A stretch of 64,000 nucleotides of DNA from an uncultured Holophagales bacterium (lineage in GTDB: Bacteria; Acidobacteriota; Thermoanaerobaculia; Multivoradales; UBA5704). Shown here one piece after another: positions 19,774 through 29,415 of the stretch. Positions within the stretch are counted from its first letter, which is position 1; every line of letters starts with the position of its first letter. The stretch covers positions 32,001 to 96,000 of the forward strand of contig CAWJGT010000023.1 in assembly GCA_963842525.1 (NCBI GenBank). The letters run 5' to 3'. The notes below the pieces were generated by a model. That model saw only the letters and a list, made by a program, of their open reading frames with translations, did not search any database and was not told the DNA's origin. The position numbers and the translations under genes were made by a program.

Positions 19774-21045
19774 TCACGGCAACGCCCGCGAACGCCCCTC
19801 TCCTGGGGTCAGCCCACGGGCCTGGCAGATCTCCAGGACCTCCACCTCCTCGAGGACGGCCGGCGCGTTCTTGGCACGCTGGAAGATCTCCTTCACCAGG
19901 TCGGGAGCGGCCTCGATCCCGCGCTCCTGGAGCCAGTAGACGACGTTCGACTCTCCGCTCATCGGCCCGATCTCGATCGTCTGATGGCAGCCGATCAGGC
20001 TCGCCGGCACCGAGGAGTAGACCCGGTCCGCGAGCCAGTCCTCGCCGCGGGCACGCGCCTTGATGATGGCCGCCGCATGGACGCCGGTGCCCGTGCGGAA
20101 GGCGTCCCGGCCTACCACCGGATAGTTGTCCGGCAGCGGCACCCCGGTCTTTTCGGCGACGAACCGGCAGTACTCCCGGAGACGGTGGAGGTCGCGGTCG
20201 ATCCAGCCCAGGAGCTGCATGTTGACCAGCAGCAGGTCGATCGGGCAGTTGCCGACCCGCTCGCCGATGCCGACGGCCGTGCCGTGCAGGCGGTCGGCCC
20301 CGGCCTCCGCCGCGGCGAGCGCATTGATCACCCCGAGGTCGCGGTCCCTGTGGCCGTGCCAGTCGACCTGGACGTCCTCGCCGGTCGCGTCCACCACCTC
20401 GCGGATGAAGCGGATCACGTTGCGCGCCCCGTTGGGCGTCGCATGGCCGACCGTGTCGGACACACAGACCCGCCGCGCCCCGGCCTCGACCGCCTCGGTA
20501 TAGAGGCGCCGCAGGTCCTCCGGCTTGGCCCGGGTCGTGTCCTCGGTGACGTACATCACCGGCAACCCCTCCTTGACGGCGAACTCGACCGACTCGCGCG
20601 TCAGGTGGAGCATGCGGTCGATCGTCCACCCTTCCGCGTACTGGCGGATCGGCGAGGAGCCGAGGAAGCAGGCCACCTCGATGGGGATGCCCACCCGCTG
20701 CGAGATCTCGACGACCGGCCGGATGTCGACGATCACCGTCCGGGCGGCGCAGTTGGGGAAAATCCGGAGCCGGCTCTGGACGATCTCGCGGGCCAGGGCC
20801 TCGACGTCCTTCACCACATGGGGCCCGGCGCCGGGGAGCCCGAGGTCGGCCGACTCGATCCCGAGCTCGGCGATCATGTGGAGGATACGGATCTTGTCCT
20901 CGATCGAGGGCGAGCGGACCGACGGGGATTGGAGACCGTCGCGCAGCGTCTCGTCGTCCAGCTCGACGCGCCCGCGCGCCGGCCGCAGGTCGGGTCCGCC
21001 GGCCCGGTTCCAGTCGTAGATCAGCTCGGATTCCTTCAAGCTCAC
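19774..21045 (-). CDS. LeuA-family DRE-TIM enzyme (2-isopropylmalate/homocitrate synthase-like, no regulatory domain)
   Basis: DETLRDGLQ, DTVG, HGHRD, GIGERVGN, GVHAAA. Confidence 0.88.
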   Translation of the reverse strand: MSLKESELIYDWNRAGGPDLRPARGRVELDDETLRDGLQSPSVRSPSIEDKIRILHMIAELGIESADLGLPGAGPHVVKDVEALAREIVQSRLRIFPNCAARTVIVDIRPVVEISQRVGIPIEVACFLGSSPIRQYAEGWTIDRMLHLTRESVEFAVKEGLPVMYVTEDTTRAKPEDLRRLYTEAVEAGARRVCVSDTVGHATPNGARNVIRFIREVVDATGEDVQVDWHGHRDRDLGVINALAAAEAGADRLHGTAVGIGERVGNCPIDLLLVNMQLLGWIDRDLHRLREYCRFVAEKTGVPLPDNYPVVGRDAFRTGTGVHAAAIIKARARGEDWLADRVYSSVPASLIGCHQTIEIGPMSGESNVVYWLQERGIEAAPDLVKEIFQRAKNAPAVLEEVEVLEICQARGLTPGEGRSRALP

Positions 21046-21125
21046 TCGGGTCTCTCCCTTCGGGACGATTATAGACGGAGGCGAGGAAATCCTTGCCGGC
21101 GAAGACTTTGGGGGAGCGTCCGTGC

Positions 21126-22223
21126 TCAGCGGCGGGTGAGGACCGACTCCGCCACCGTCCGCGCGAGGAGGTCGCCCACCTGCGAGGTGGTCATCGACCC
21201 GCCGAGGTCTGGCGTGGTCTGCCCTTCGCGGACCGAGCGGGCCACCGCCTCCTCGAGCGCCAGGGCGGCCTCGGCGTGGCCGAGGGTGTCCAACATCAGC
21301 GAGGCGGACAGCACGGCGCCGACCGGGTTGGCGCGGCCGGTGCCGGCATACTTGGGGGCCGAGCCATGCACCGGCTCGAACATCGACGTCTGCCCAGGAT
21401 GGAGATTGGCCGAGCCGGCCATCCCCAGGCCGCCCTGGAGAGCCGCGCCGAGGTCCGTAATGATGTCGCCGAACATGTTGTTGGTGACGATCACGTCGAA
21501 GCTCTCGGGCTTGAGCACCATCTGCATGGTCAGGGCGTCGACGAACATGTGGCGCTTCTCGATCTGCGGGTACTCGGCGCCGATCTCGGCAAAGGCGCGC
21601 TGCCAGAGGTCGTGCCCGTAGCGCATCACGTTCGACTTGTCGCTCATCAGAACCTCGCGCCGGTCGTGCCGCACCGCGTACTCGAACGCGGCGCGGAGGA
21701 TGCGCTCGACCCCCTTGCGGGTGTGGATCTCCTCCTGCACGGCGATCTCGTCCGCGGTCCCCTTCTTGAAGTTGCCGCCGACGTTGACGTAGGCCCCCTC
21801 GGTGTTCTCCCGGAAGACCACCATGTCGACGTCCTTCTCGGACTTGCCGGCGAGCGGGCAGAGACGGCGGTCGTAGAGCTTGATCGGCCGGAGATTGATA
21901 TAGAGGTCCAGACCGAAGCGGATCCCCAGGAGGATGTCGGCCGCGTGCTTCATGTCGGGCACCCGGGGGTCGCCGTAGGCGCCGATGAAAATGGCCGCGT
22001 AGTTCCGCCGGAAGTCGTCGAGAGCGCCGGGCGGGAGCGTCTCGCCCGTGGTGAGATAGCGGTCCGCGTCCCAGTCGAACCGGACCAGCTCCAGGGGCAA
22101 GTCCCAGGCTTCTGCCGCGGCCTCCAGGACCTTGACCGCCTCGGCGGTCACGTCCTTGCCGATGCCGTCGCCGGGCAGCACGGCGATGCGTTGTTTCGCG
22201 GCGGGGGTGTGACTTGCGGTCAT
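21126..22223 (-). CDS. isocitrate/3-isopropylmalate dehydrogenase family protein (LeuB-like)
   Basis: IAVLPGDGIG, RENTEG.Y, DKSNV, NMFGDIITD, MFEPVHGSAP; ATGA overlap with the upstream gene. Confidence 0.9.
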   Translation of the reverse strand: MTASHTPAAKQRIAVLPGDGIGKDVTAEAVKVLEAAAEAWDLPLELVRFDWDADRYLTTGETLPPGALDDFRRNYAAIFIGAYGDPRVPDMKHAADILLGIRFGLDLYINLRPIKLYDRRLCPLAGKSEKDVDMVVFRENTEGAYVNVGGNFKKGTADEIAVQEEIHTRKGVERILRAAFEYAVRHDRREVLMSDKSNVMRYGHDLWQRAFAEIGAEYPQIEKRHMFVDALTMQMVLKPESFDVIVTNNMFGDIITDLGAALQGGLGMAGSANLHPGQTSMFEPVHGSAPKYAGTGRANPVGAVLSASLMLDTLGHAEAALALEEAVARSVREGQTTPDLGGSMTTSQVGDLLARTVAESVLTRR

Positions 22224-23086
22224 GCAGCGGATGCTAGCACGACGCCTGCCGCTGCTCCGGAGCCCTCGCGGCGCTCCGGACAGCCCGGAATATCTCCGGC
22301 ACGCAGCAGCACGGGGCTCGCCACCCGCCCCGCCGCGGGATGGGGGACGGATGGCGGCATGGCGACCTTGGGAACGAGCCCGAGCTCGAAGACGAAGGGG
22401 ATCTCCGGGCAGAGGAACGCCGAATGCAGCGGGGGCCAGTCCCCAATCCCATCGGCGGGCGCCAGGAGTCGCCGGAGGAAGAGGTCTGCGCCGCGCACCT
22501 CGGCGTGGAGCGGCCAGCTCGCGGCCGGAGGGTGGCGCGCCTCCAGCTTGTGGAGGACGCCCGAGTCCTCGGCATAGCCGCGCGGCCGCTCGTGGAAATA
22601 GCGGACCGTCTGCTCCCAGGAGCCGAGTCGGGGGCCCTCCCCCACCTGCGGGCTGTCCTGCCAGGCCCGGGCCTCGAAAGGTGCTCCGCCGCGCCGCGCC
22701 TGCCAGAGCCACGGACCCTGACCCGGATCGCGCGACGGCCGCGGGAAATGGAGCCAGGCGCGGCAGGCGGGCTGGTGGGTGAGCAGCCGGACGCCCGGGG
22801 CCACCCAGGAGGGCATCAGCATCCGGCGGAAGAGGGCCGCGGGGGCCCCCTCGCCGTCCAGCACGTAGAGCCGCAGGTTCATCTGCGGAAAGCCAAAGCG
22901 CAGGAGCGGCACGCCCGGGAAATGGACGGCGTCCTGGTGGAAGAGCACCGCGGAGGCGAAGACATAGTCCCGCCCCTGCCAGGAGTGGAGCTGGTACCGC
23001 AGCGGCGGCGGGGGCTCCGGGAGCCTTTCGGCCGGCAGGGCCCAGTTGAGGTAAAGGCAGTCGCGAACCATCATCTGCAGCTTCAT
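22220..23086 (-). CDS. DUF2071/YqjF-like protein
   Basis: DCLYLNWALP...LP, FPQMNLRLYV and H..WPL resemble DUF2071. Confidence 0.65.
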   Translation of the reverse strand: MKLQMMVRDCLYLNWALPAERLPEPPPPLRYQLHSWQGRDYVFASAVLFHQDAVHFPGVPLLRFGFPQMNLRLYVLDGEGAPAALFRRMLMPSWVAPGVRLLTHQPACRAWLHFPRPSRDPGQGPWLWQARRGGAPFEARAWQDSPQVGEGPRLGSWEQTVRYFHERPRGYAEDSGVLHKLEARHPPAASWPLHAEVRGADLFLRRLLAPADGIGDWPPLHSAFLCPEIPFVFELGLVPKVAMPPSVPHPAAGRVASPVLLRAGDIPGCPERREGSGAAAGVVLASAA

Positions 23087-23187
23087 CGATCGCTGGTCCC
23101 CCCGCTGGTCCCCAGACATCCGCCCGGCCGACCACGGGCCCTCCTGGGAACATTAGCGTGCGGCGGTCCGGGCCGCAAGGCGGGGGA

Positions 23188-25143
23188 TCAACCGGCCTCC
23201 ACCTCCTCGACACAGCGGAATCCGAGGTCGTTGGAGTAGAAGCTGGGCAAGGCGAGGCGCTGCAGGACCGGCAGGCCGTAGATCTGGCAGGTCATGGCCC
23301 ACGAACCGCCGAGGATGGCCTTCTTGCCATCTCCCGCGGAGGTCACGGTCCACTCCTCGACATTGCCCACCATGTCCAGACACCCGCAGGAACTGGCCCC
23401 GCCCGGGAACCTGTCCACCGGCGTCGTCTTGCCTCGACGGCTCTCGGCCGAATTGCAGCGATCGCTCTCGAAGACATCTCCCCAGGGGTAGATCCTGCCG
23501 TCGTCGCCCCGGTAAGCCTTCTTCCACTGGTCGGCCGTCGGCAGGCGCTTGCCGGCCCAACGGCAGTAGGCCTCGGCGTCGTTGTAGCTGACATAGACAA
23601 CCGGATGGTCGGGCAGCTCGTGGAGGCGCCAGTTGCGCGGATCGCCGGCCCTCTCCGCGTCGGTCCGGTAGTGGGTCGCATCCACGAACTGCCGGAACTG
23701 CGCATGGGTCACCGGCGTCTTGTCGATCCGGAACAACGGCAGCTCGACGGTCGTTGGCGCCTCCCTGCCGAGAGCCTTGCGGGCGGCGGTGAGGTCGATC
23801 GTCAGGTCCGCCTTCTCGAGCTGGTCGAGCAGGGCTTCGATCTGCTGCGGCGTCAGGCCCTTCCGGAAGGGGCCGGCGGGCACGACGACCATCTCGCCGG
23901 GGTCGGGCGGGGCGGCGGCCGGAGGAGGCAGGACGAGCGGCTCGCGCTCCTCCTGAGGGGCGGGCGCCTCCTCTCCGCCGTCCGGCTCCTGCCTCGGGCC
24001 GAGATGGATCACGTCCTGGATCCGCCCCGCGACGGCCCGCGCCAGGACCACCAAGCCTCCCGGCGTGCTGGAACGGGACTTCACCGACCGGACCACCTCT
24101 TCGACAGGGCGGCCCTCGCCGAGGACCCACTCGTAGAAATCCGACGCCAGCATCTCGGCGTCCTTGGTCTCGACCGGCCGCTGGTAGGCGATGACCGTCG
24201 GGATGTCCTTCAGCATGGCCAGGGAGGTCGCCAGGCCGGCCAGAGGGGAGCCGAACGGCTCGTTGCCGGTCCAGCAGGCGTTCAGGATGACCCAGCGGAT
24301 CGCAGGCGCTTCGCTCAGCACATTGCGCAGGTCGCGCGCATAGATCCGGCGCTGCCTTCCCTGCTCGTCCTCACCGGCAAAGAATCCTCCCCTTTCGTCC
24401 ACCCCTCCGTGCCCCATGAGGTGGAGGCCGATCACCGGCGAGGTGGCCCGCAACTGGTGGACGAGCTGGACGAGCCGGCCCAGGGTCGGCCGCTCCTCGA
24501 TGACGTGGTAAGCGACCCGGCCGGCGAGGCGGTCGAGCGCGTTGCGCAAGTTCTTGACTTCCCTGGCGAGCGATTCGGTCACCGCCGATTGCGAGAATTC
24601 CTCCGGGTCCGCCTTGACGATGAGGACGCTCGGCTTCTGCAGCGGGTCCGGGGCCGGCGAGCCCGGCGCGTTGCCGAGATAGCGGAGGATCGAAAAGTTG
24701 GCCCGGTTGATCTGGGCGGCCCATTTTTCGTCCAGGGGACACTCGAGCAGCTCCCACGGGAGGTTGGCAAGGTCGCGATGGAGCTCGAGTTTGAGGCGGA
24801 GGGAGTCTCCCGGCCCGAGGAGCTCGCAACTGCGGCCGAGCAGGTCCAGATTGTCCGAATGGGGCGGAAAAAGGAGCCGGAACAGGGCGGCTCCGATCTC
24901 CTCCGGCGACAGCCGCCTCTCTCCATCGGCCTCCTGGACCATCAGGAACCCCACATCTCGCTGGAAGGATAGGGAGATGCCGTCGGCCAGCCACCGCTTC
25001 CGCTCCGCCTTCTTGAACGTGAGCTCCCCGAACGATTCTCCGAAACGCAGTGCCGGGCATTCCGCCACGGCAGTGACGAAACGGTCGCCGCCCTTGCCGG
25101 CGACCTTGTTGACCATGAGGTGGAAGTCAAGGAACCTGGGCAT
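23188..25143 (-). CDS. CHAT (caspase-like) protease fused to an FGE/sulfatase-modifying-factor domain
   Basis: RBS GGGAGG; LPWELL, HLMGHG and ILNACWTG (CHAT His/Cys dyad); C-terminal TPVT..QF, HPVVYVSY.DA..YC.W.GKRLPT, DM.GNVEEW, GFRC. Confidence 0.88.
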   Translation of the reverse strand: MPRFLDFHLMVNKVAGKGGDRFVTAVAECPALRFGESFGELTFKKAERKRWLADGISLSFQRDVGFLMVQEADGERRLSPEEIGAALFRLLFPPHSDNLDLLGRSCELLGPGDSLRLKLELHRDLANLPWELLECPLDEKWAAQINRANFSILRYLGNAPGSPAPDPLQKPSVLIVKADPEEFSQSAVTESLAREVKNLRNALDRLAGRVAYHVIEERPTLGRLVQLVHQLRATSPVIGLHLMGHGGVDERGGFFAGEDEQGRQRRIYARDLRNVLSEAPAIRWVILNACWTGNEPFGSPLAGLATSLAMLKDIPTVIAYQRPVETKDAEMLASDFYEWVLGEGRPVEEVVRSVKSRSSTPGGLVVLARAVAGRIQDVIHLGPRQEPDGGEEAPAPQEEREPLVLPPPAAAPPDPGEMVVVPAGPFRKGLTPQQIEALLDQLEKADLTIDLTAARKALGREAPTTVELPLFRIDKTPVTHAQFRQFVDATHYRTDAERAGDPRNWRLHELPDHPVVYVSYNDAEAYCRWAGKRLPTADQWKKAYRGDDGRIYPWGDVFESDRCNSAESRRGKTTPVDRFPGGASSCGCLDMVGNVEEWTVTSAGDGKKAILGGSWAMTCQIYGLPVLQRLALPSFYSNDLGFRCVEEVEAG

Positions 25144-25173
25144 CGCGCGCCTCCCTGAAGATGGGCCCCCCTG

Positions 25174-25250
25174 TTGACCCCGGGGCTCCACGAAATGTTC
25201 AGGCGGCAAGCTCCTGTCCGGCTCTGAACAAAATCCTGAAGCGCGTGTCT
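25174..25250. promoter_or_regulatory. back-to-back ECF-type promoter-like elements in the divergent intergenic region
   Basis: Plus strand GAACAA-N16-TCTCT (from 25226); minus strand GAACAT-N16-GTCAA (from 25200); the two -35 boxes form the inverted repeat TGTTCAG...CTGAACA. Confidence 0.5.
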
Positions 25251-25311
25251 CTAGGGGTCCACAGCGCCTGCTCCGGACAGCCCGGCAGGCCGGCCGACTC
25301 CCGAAAGGCGG

Positions 25312-26805
25312 ATGCTCATGCCCGGTGAGAGCCTCGCATATGTCTGGGACGTCTGGGATCTCCTGTTTCCCAAGGATTCTCCCGCCGCCCTCGCGATCAA
25401 CCGCCTGATCGTGGCGTTCTTCCTGGTCGGAGTCCTGGACGCCCTGGCGGCGATCGGGCTCCTCTTCCGGGAGCGGCGCCGGATCCGCCAAGCCGCGAGC
25501 ACCCTGGAGGCCGCAGGGAGCCGCCGCCCGGCCTTGTCCGTCGAAGCGATCATCAAATTCCTCGGCGTCCCCTCCAACAGCACGGTGGCGCAACGCGCCG
25601 CGCGGGCCTTGCAGCTCCGGACGGCCCGGATGGGGGGCCTCCAGCAGACGACCAGCAGCCATCTCGACCGCTATGGGCTGCTGGCCCGTTATGTCGCCGG
25701 CATCCTGACCCTGATCGGCCTGCTGGGGACCGTCCTCGGCCTGAGCTTCGCGCTGTTCAAGATCCAGGGCGCGCTGATGGGCATCGACGAGGTCGAAAAG
25801 CTCCAGGACCTCACGGAAGCCCTCGGCAGCACGCTGAGCGGGATGAAGACGGCCTTCGCCTGCACCCTGGCCGGCCTCGGCACCTCTCTCCTGCTGTCGC
25901 TGGTCAATCACGCCGTCCGCCGCTTCCAGATCTCGCTGGCGGAGCAGCTCGACGATTTCACCTTCCGCGGCCTGCTCCCCTTTTTCGAAAAGCTGGACCC
26001 GGGAGCCGACCAGGCGACGAAAGCTTTCGTCCAGAAGCTCCAGGATTCGGCCGAGGCACTGGACAAGGTCCGCGAGGCCGTCACCTCCGCTGCCGGGCAG
26101 TATGTGGCAGCAAGCACAGGCTTCGCCGGAGCGGTCGGCAAGCTGGAAGGAATCGTCTCTTCCTTCGAAAAAAGCGTCTCCAGGCTGGCCGACAATCAAC
26201 AAGGCTTCACGCAGACGATGGCCGAAACGCGGGATGCGGTCCGCAATCTGAGCTCGGGGATCGAGACGCACAGCGCACGGCTCACGGGCCTCGCCAACGA
26301 GCACAGCACCGCCCTGCGCGCCTCCTCCGATGTCCTGGTCGACCTGGGGCTCAATCTGGGAGCCCTGTTGGAGAAACAGGCCGTGGCCGACAGCGCCGAG
26401 AGCCATCGCCAGCTCCTCGCAACCCTCCAGGGGTTCCCCGATCATTTCAAGCCCATGCTGGCGGAGCACCAGGGCCAGCTCAAAGCCTTCATCGCGAGCG
26501 TCCTCGAGGAGCTGAAGGGCTCCTCGGCGGCGCTGGCCGCCAGGCTCGACCAGGAGCACCGGGAGAAGGCCGGGGAACAGATGAAGAGCCATGGCAAGGC
26601 GTACGAAGAGGCACTCCGGCGGTCGGTCCAGGAGATGGAAAAGCTCATGAAACAGAGCGAGGAGCGTCTGCGCTCCCTGTTCGAATCCCAGGCCACGGCA
26701 CTGCGAGCGGTCTCGGACATGGCCGTGGACCTCCATCACAACGTAAGCCCGCATTTCGAAAGGAATCTCACCGGCAACGGCCGCCCTGCGGCGCCGGGCC
26801 GGTAG
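25312..26805 (+). CDS. ZorA-like MotA/TolQ/ExbB proton-channel protein with a long cytoplasmic helical tail
   Basis: 3 TMs; GILTLIGLLGTVLGL and GMKTAFACTLAGL channel motifs; ~290-aa heptad-rich C-terminal tail. Confidence 0.8.
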   Translation: MLMPGESLAYVWDVWDLLFPKDSPAALAINRLIVAFFLVGVLDALAAIGLLFRERRRIRQAASTLEAAGSRRPALSVEAIIKFLGVPSNSTVAQRAARALQLRTARMGGLQQTTSSHLDRYGLLARYVAGILTLIGLLGTVLGLSFALFKIQGALMGIDEVEKLQDLTEALGSTLSGMKTAFACTLAGLGTSLLLSLVNHAVRRFQISLAEQLDDFTFRGLLPFFEKLDPGADQATKAFVQKLQDSAEALDKVREAVTSAAGQYVAASTGFAGAVGKLEGIVSSFEKSVSRLADNQQGFTQTMAETRDAVRNLSSGIETHSARLTGLANEHSTALRASSDVLVDLGLNLGALLEKQAVADSAESHRQLLATLQGFPDHFKPMLAEHQGQLKAFIASVLEELKGSSAALAARLDQEHREKAGEQMKSHGKAYEEALRRSVQEMEKLMKQSEERLRSLFESQATALRAVSDMAVDLHHNVSPHFERNLTGNGRPAAPGR

Positions 26806-26814
26806 GAGAGCACC

Positions 26815-27420
26815 ATGGAACGAGGCGATTCCGAAGTGCAGGTGTTTCCCGCTTTTACGGACGTGTTGATGATCGTGATGATCATGCTCGTCTTCTACCT
26901 GTTTGCACAGGCGCTGATTGTCGACCGGTGGGGTAAGGATATCGAGAAGTGCCAACGCGAGATCCGCGAATCCGTCGAAAAGAACGTGCCCGCCGTCCTG
27001 CGCGCGAACATGCAGATCAGCGAGGACGGCAGCATGCAACGCTACACCTTCGCCGACCGGATCCTGTTTGACAGCAGCAAAGCGGACCTGAAGCCCTCCG
27101 GCATGGAGGCATTGAGCGCTCTAGGGCGCACCTTCAAGGAACACGAGAAGACGGTGTTGAGGATCCAGATCGAAGGGCACACCGACAAACGCCCCATTCA
27201 GGGGCAGTTTCCTTCGAACTGGGAGCTGTCGAGCGCCCGTGCCACCTCGGTCGTCCGCTTCCTCCACGATCACTCCAAGCTGGACGCGAAGCTCCTTTCG
27301 GCCACGGGGCTCTCGGAGTTCCATCCGGTCGATCCGGGTGACAGCGAAGAGGCCCTGGCGCGCAACCGTCGCATCGAGGTGGTCGTCATCTGTTCTGTCC
27401 ATTCGGGAAAGCCATCATGA
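26815..27420 (+). CDS. ZorB-like MotB/OmpA-family protein
   Basis: N-terminal TM with conserved Asp (FPAFTDVLM); peptidoglycan-binding OmpA_C motifs IEGHTD, NWELSSARA, NRRIE. Confidence 0.88.
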   Translation: MERGDSEVQVFPAFTDVLMIVMIMLVFYLFAQALIVDRWGKDIEKCQREIRESVEKNVPAVLRANMQISEDGSMQRYTFADRILFDSSKADLKPSGMEALSALGRTFKEHEKTVLRIQIEGHTDKRPIQGQFPSNWELSSARATSVVRFLHDHSKLDAKLLSATGLSEFHPVDPGDSEEALARNRRIEVVVICSVHSGKPS

Positions 27421-29414
27421 CGGAAATCAACGGCTCCCGCCCGCTCTCCGAGATCCTCTCGCCGGAATCGCTCGAAGCTCCGGTCGCAGCCGGCCTGGAA
27501 GCGGCCCTGGGGATGGCGCAGCTCACCCGTTTCCCCGCGGTCCATCCTTCGCACATCGCGCTGGCCCTCCTGAGCGCTGACCAGGGATTCCTCGACACGG
27601 CCCTGCGCAAGCGCTTCGCCGGCCTGCGCGCCGCGACGATCACCGAATCCCTCCTGGAGGTGCTGGAGATCGAGGCCGACCTGACCGGCAGCGCCGCCGG
27701 CAGCCTTCCGGGCGAAGGGCTGCCGGCGCCCGAGCACCTGGCGGCGGAGGCGCAGGCGGTGCTCCGGCGGGCCGGCGAGCTGGCCGCCGGGCGCGGCGCG
27801 GCGCACATCGGTCTCCCCCACCTGATCCGCGCCCTGTTCGAGTCGCCTGAGCGCTTCCTCGCCGAGGCCTTCGGCGATGCCGGAGTGACCCCGGCGGACC
27901 TCCAGGACCTGGCGGAAAAGCTCGACGAAGGCGCGGCGTCGCCAACAAGCGCCTCTCCGCCGGCGGTGTTTGCCGGCGGCCGTCTGGACCTTGCGCTCTT
28001 CGGTCCGCTGGCCAGGGCGGCTCTCCAGGCTCTGGCCCGGGCGGCCGCGGCGCAGCCGGACCCGCCGTTGCGCGACGTCGATCTGTTGATCGGTTTTCTC
28101 GAGCGGGAAGATTCCCGCCTGGTCGCCGCGCTCCACCTGCTGGGCGTCCCGGTGGCCGGCGTCCGCCGCGGCCTCGCCTCCCTTTCGGGCCGTCCCTCCG
28201 CCGCCCGCGGCGCCGCCGAGCTGCCCGAGGAGAGGATCGGCCGGCTGCTGCGCAGGGTGCTCGCCGGCGCGGCGGCCCTGGCCGCAAAGGAAGGGTTTCC
28301 CCTCGTCTCCGAGAGCCATCTCCTGCGTGCGCATCTCGACCGGGTGGCCGAGGGCGGCAACAACCTCTATCAGCGTCTGGGCATCGACACGATCCGCCTG
28401 CGCAGCTACCTCCAGCGCTATCCCGAGGACCGGGCCTCCGAAGAGGCCGGGGAGCGCGCCGAGCCCATCGCGGACATCGAAACCTTTCTCCGCTCGCGCG
28501 TCGTCCATCAGGACCACGCGGTGCGCCGCGTCGTGCCGGCCCTCGCCCGCCTGCGCACCGGCATGGCCGAGGCCGGCCGGCCGATGGGCGTCTTCCTGTT
28601 CCTGGGTCCTTCCGGGGTAGGCAAGACCGAGTTGGCGCGCGCCATCGCCGAGGTGGCCTTCGGCCCCAAGTCCGGCGTCCGCGATCCCTACCTCATCAAG
28701 CTCGACTGCGGCAGCTTCGTCGACAAGCGCGACATCGTCCAGCTCCTCGGCGCCGCCCAGGGGCTGGTCGGCTACAAGGAGGGCCAGCTCACCAACGGGC
28801 TGCGTGAAAAGCCCCGCTCGGTGATCCTGTTCAACGAGGCCGAAAAGGCCGACCCCCACATCTGGCAGAGCCTCCTGCCCCTGTTTGAAGACGGCATCGT
28901 CCGCGAGGCCGACGGCACTGAATATGACGCCACGAGCTGCATCGTGGCGGCGACCTCGAACCTCGGCTACAAGGAGGCCATCCAACAGCTCCGGCTCTGG
29001 GACGTCTCGCCCGAGCAGAGGGTCGAGCTCCAGCCGCAGGTCGAGGACCTCGTCTGGTCGCGGGTCGAGGAGTATTTCTCGCCCGAGTTCCGCAGCCGCT
29101 TCGGACGTCAGAACGTCATCTTCTTTCATCACTTCGATCCCGCGAGCTACGAGCACATGGTCCGCATGCAGGTGGAGAGATTGATCGAAGAGATGGAAGA
29201 GCGCGGCTTCGAGGTCAAGGTTCCGGAGAAGGTCCGGAAATTCCTGGCAAAGCTCGCCTGGGACCTGCGGGAAGAGGGCGCGCGCCCGGTGCGCCGGCTG
29301 ATCACCGAGCATCTCCGCGATCAGATCGTCACGGCCGTCACCGCCGACCCGCGGCGCACCGCCTTCCGTTTCACGGCTCTGGAGGGACGAGGGGAAATCG
29401 TCCTCGAGGGCTGA
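27417..29414 (+). CDS. Clp/Hsp100-like protein: tandem Clp_N-like repeats plus one D2-type AAA+ module
   Basis: HLIRAL and ESHLLRA Clp_N-like repeats; RVVHQDHAV, FLFLGPSGVGKTELA, GLVGYKEGQLT, Walker B variant VILFNEAEKA, FSPEFRSR, GARPVRRLI. Confidence 0.88.
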   Translation: MTEINGSRPLSEILSPESLEAPVAAGLEAALGMAQLTRFPAVHPSHIALALLSADQGFLDTALRKRFAGLRAATITESLLEVLEIEADLTGSAAGSLPGEGLPAPEHLAAEAQAVLRRAGELAAGRGAAHIGLPHLIRALFESPERFLAEAFGDAGVTPADLQDLAEKLDEGAASPTSASPPAVFAGGRLDLALFGPLARAALQALARAAAAQPDPPLRDVDLLIGFLEREDSRLVAALHLLGVPVAGVRRGLASLSGRPSAARGAAELPEERIGRLLRRVLAGAAALAAKEGFPLVSESHLLRAHLDRVAEGGNNLYQRLGIDTIRLRSYLQRYPEDRASEEAGERAEPIADIETFLRSRVVHQDHAVRRVVPALARLRTGMAEAGRPMGVFLFLGPSGVGKTELARAIAEVAFGPKSGVRDPYLIKLDCGSFVDKRDIVQLLGAAQGLVGYKEGQLTNGLREKPRSVILFNEAEKADPHIWQSLLPLFEDGIVREADGTEYDATSCIVAATSNLGYKEAIQQLRLWDVSPEQRVELQPQVEDLVWSRVEEYFSPEFRSRFGRQNVIFFHHFDPASYEHMVRMQVERLIEEMEERGFEVKVPEKVRKFLAKLAWDLREEGARPVRRLITEHLRDQIVTAVTADPRRTAFRFTALEGRGEIVLEG

Positions 29415-29415
29415 G

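Noticed and set aside
23188-23900. Diversity-generating retroelement target (FGE domain)
   Set aside because: No reverse transcriptase and no template-repeat copy seen in the window
25312-27420. Flagellar motAB or exbBD/tolQR
   Set aside because: The long C-terminal tail and absence of flagellar, TonB or Tol genes argue against it
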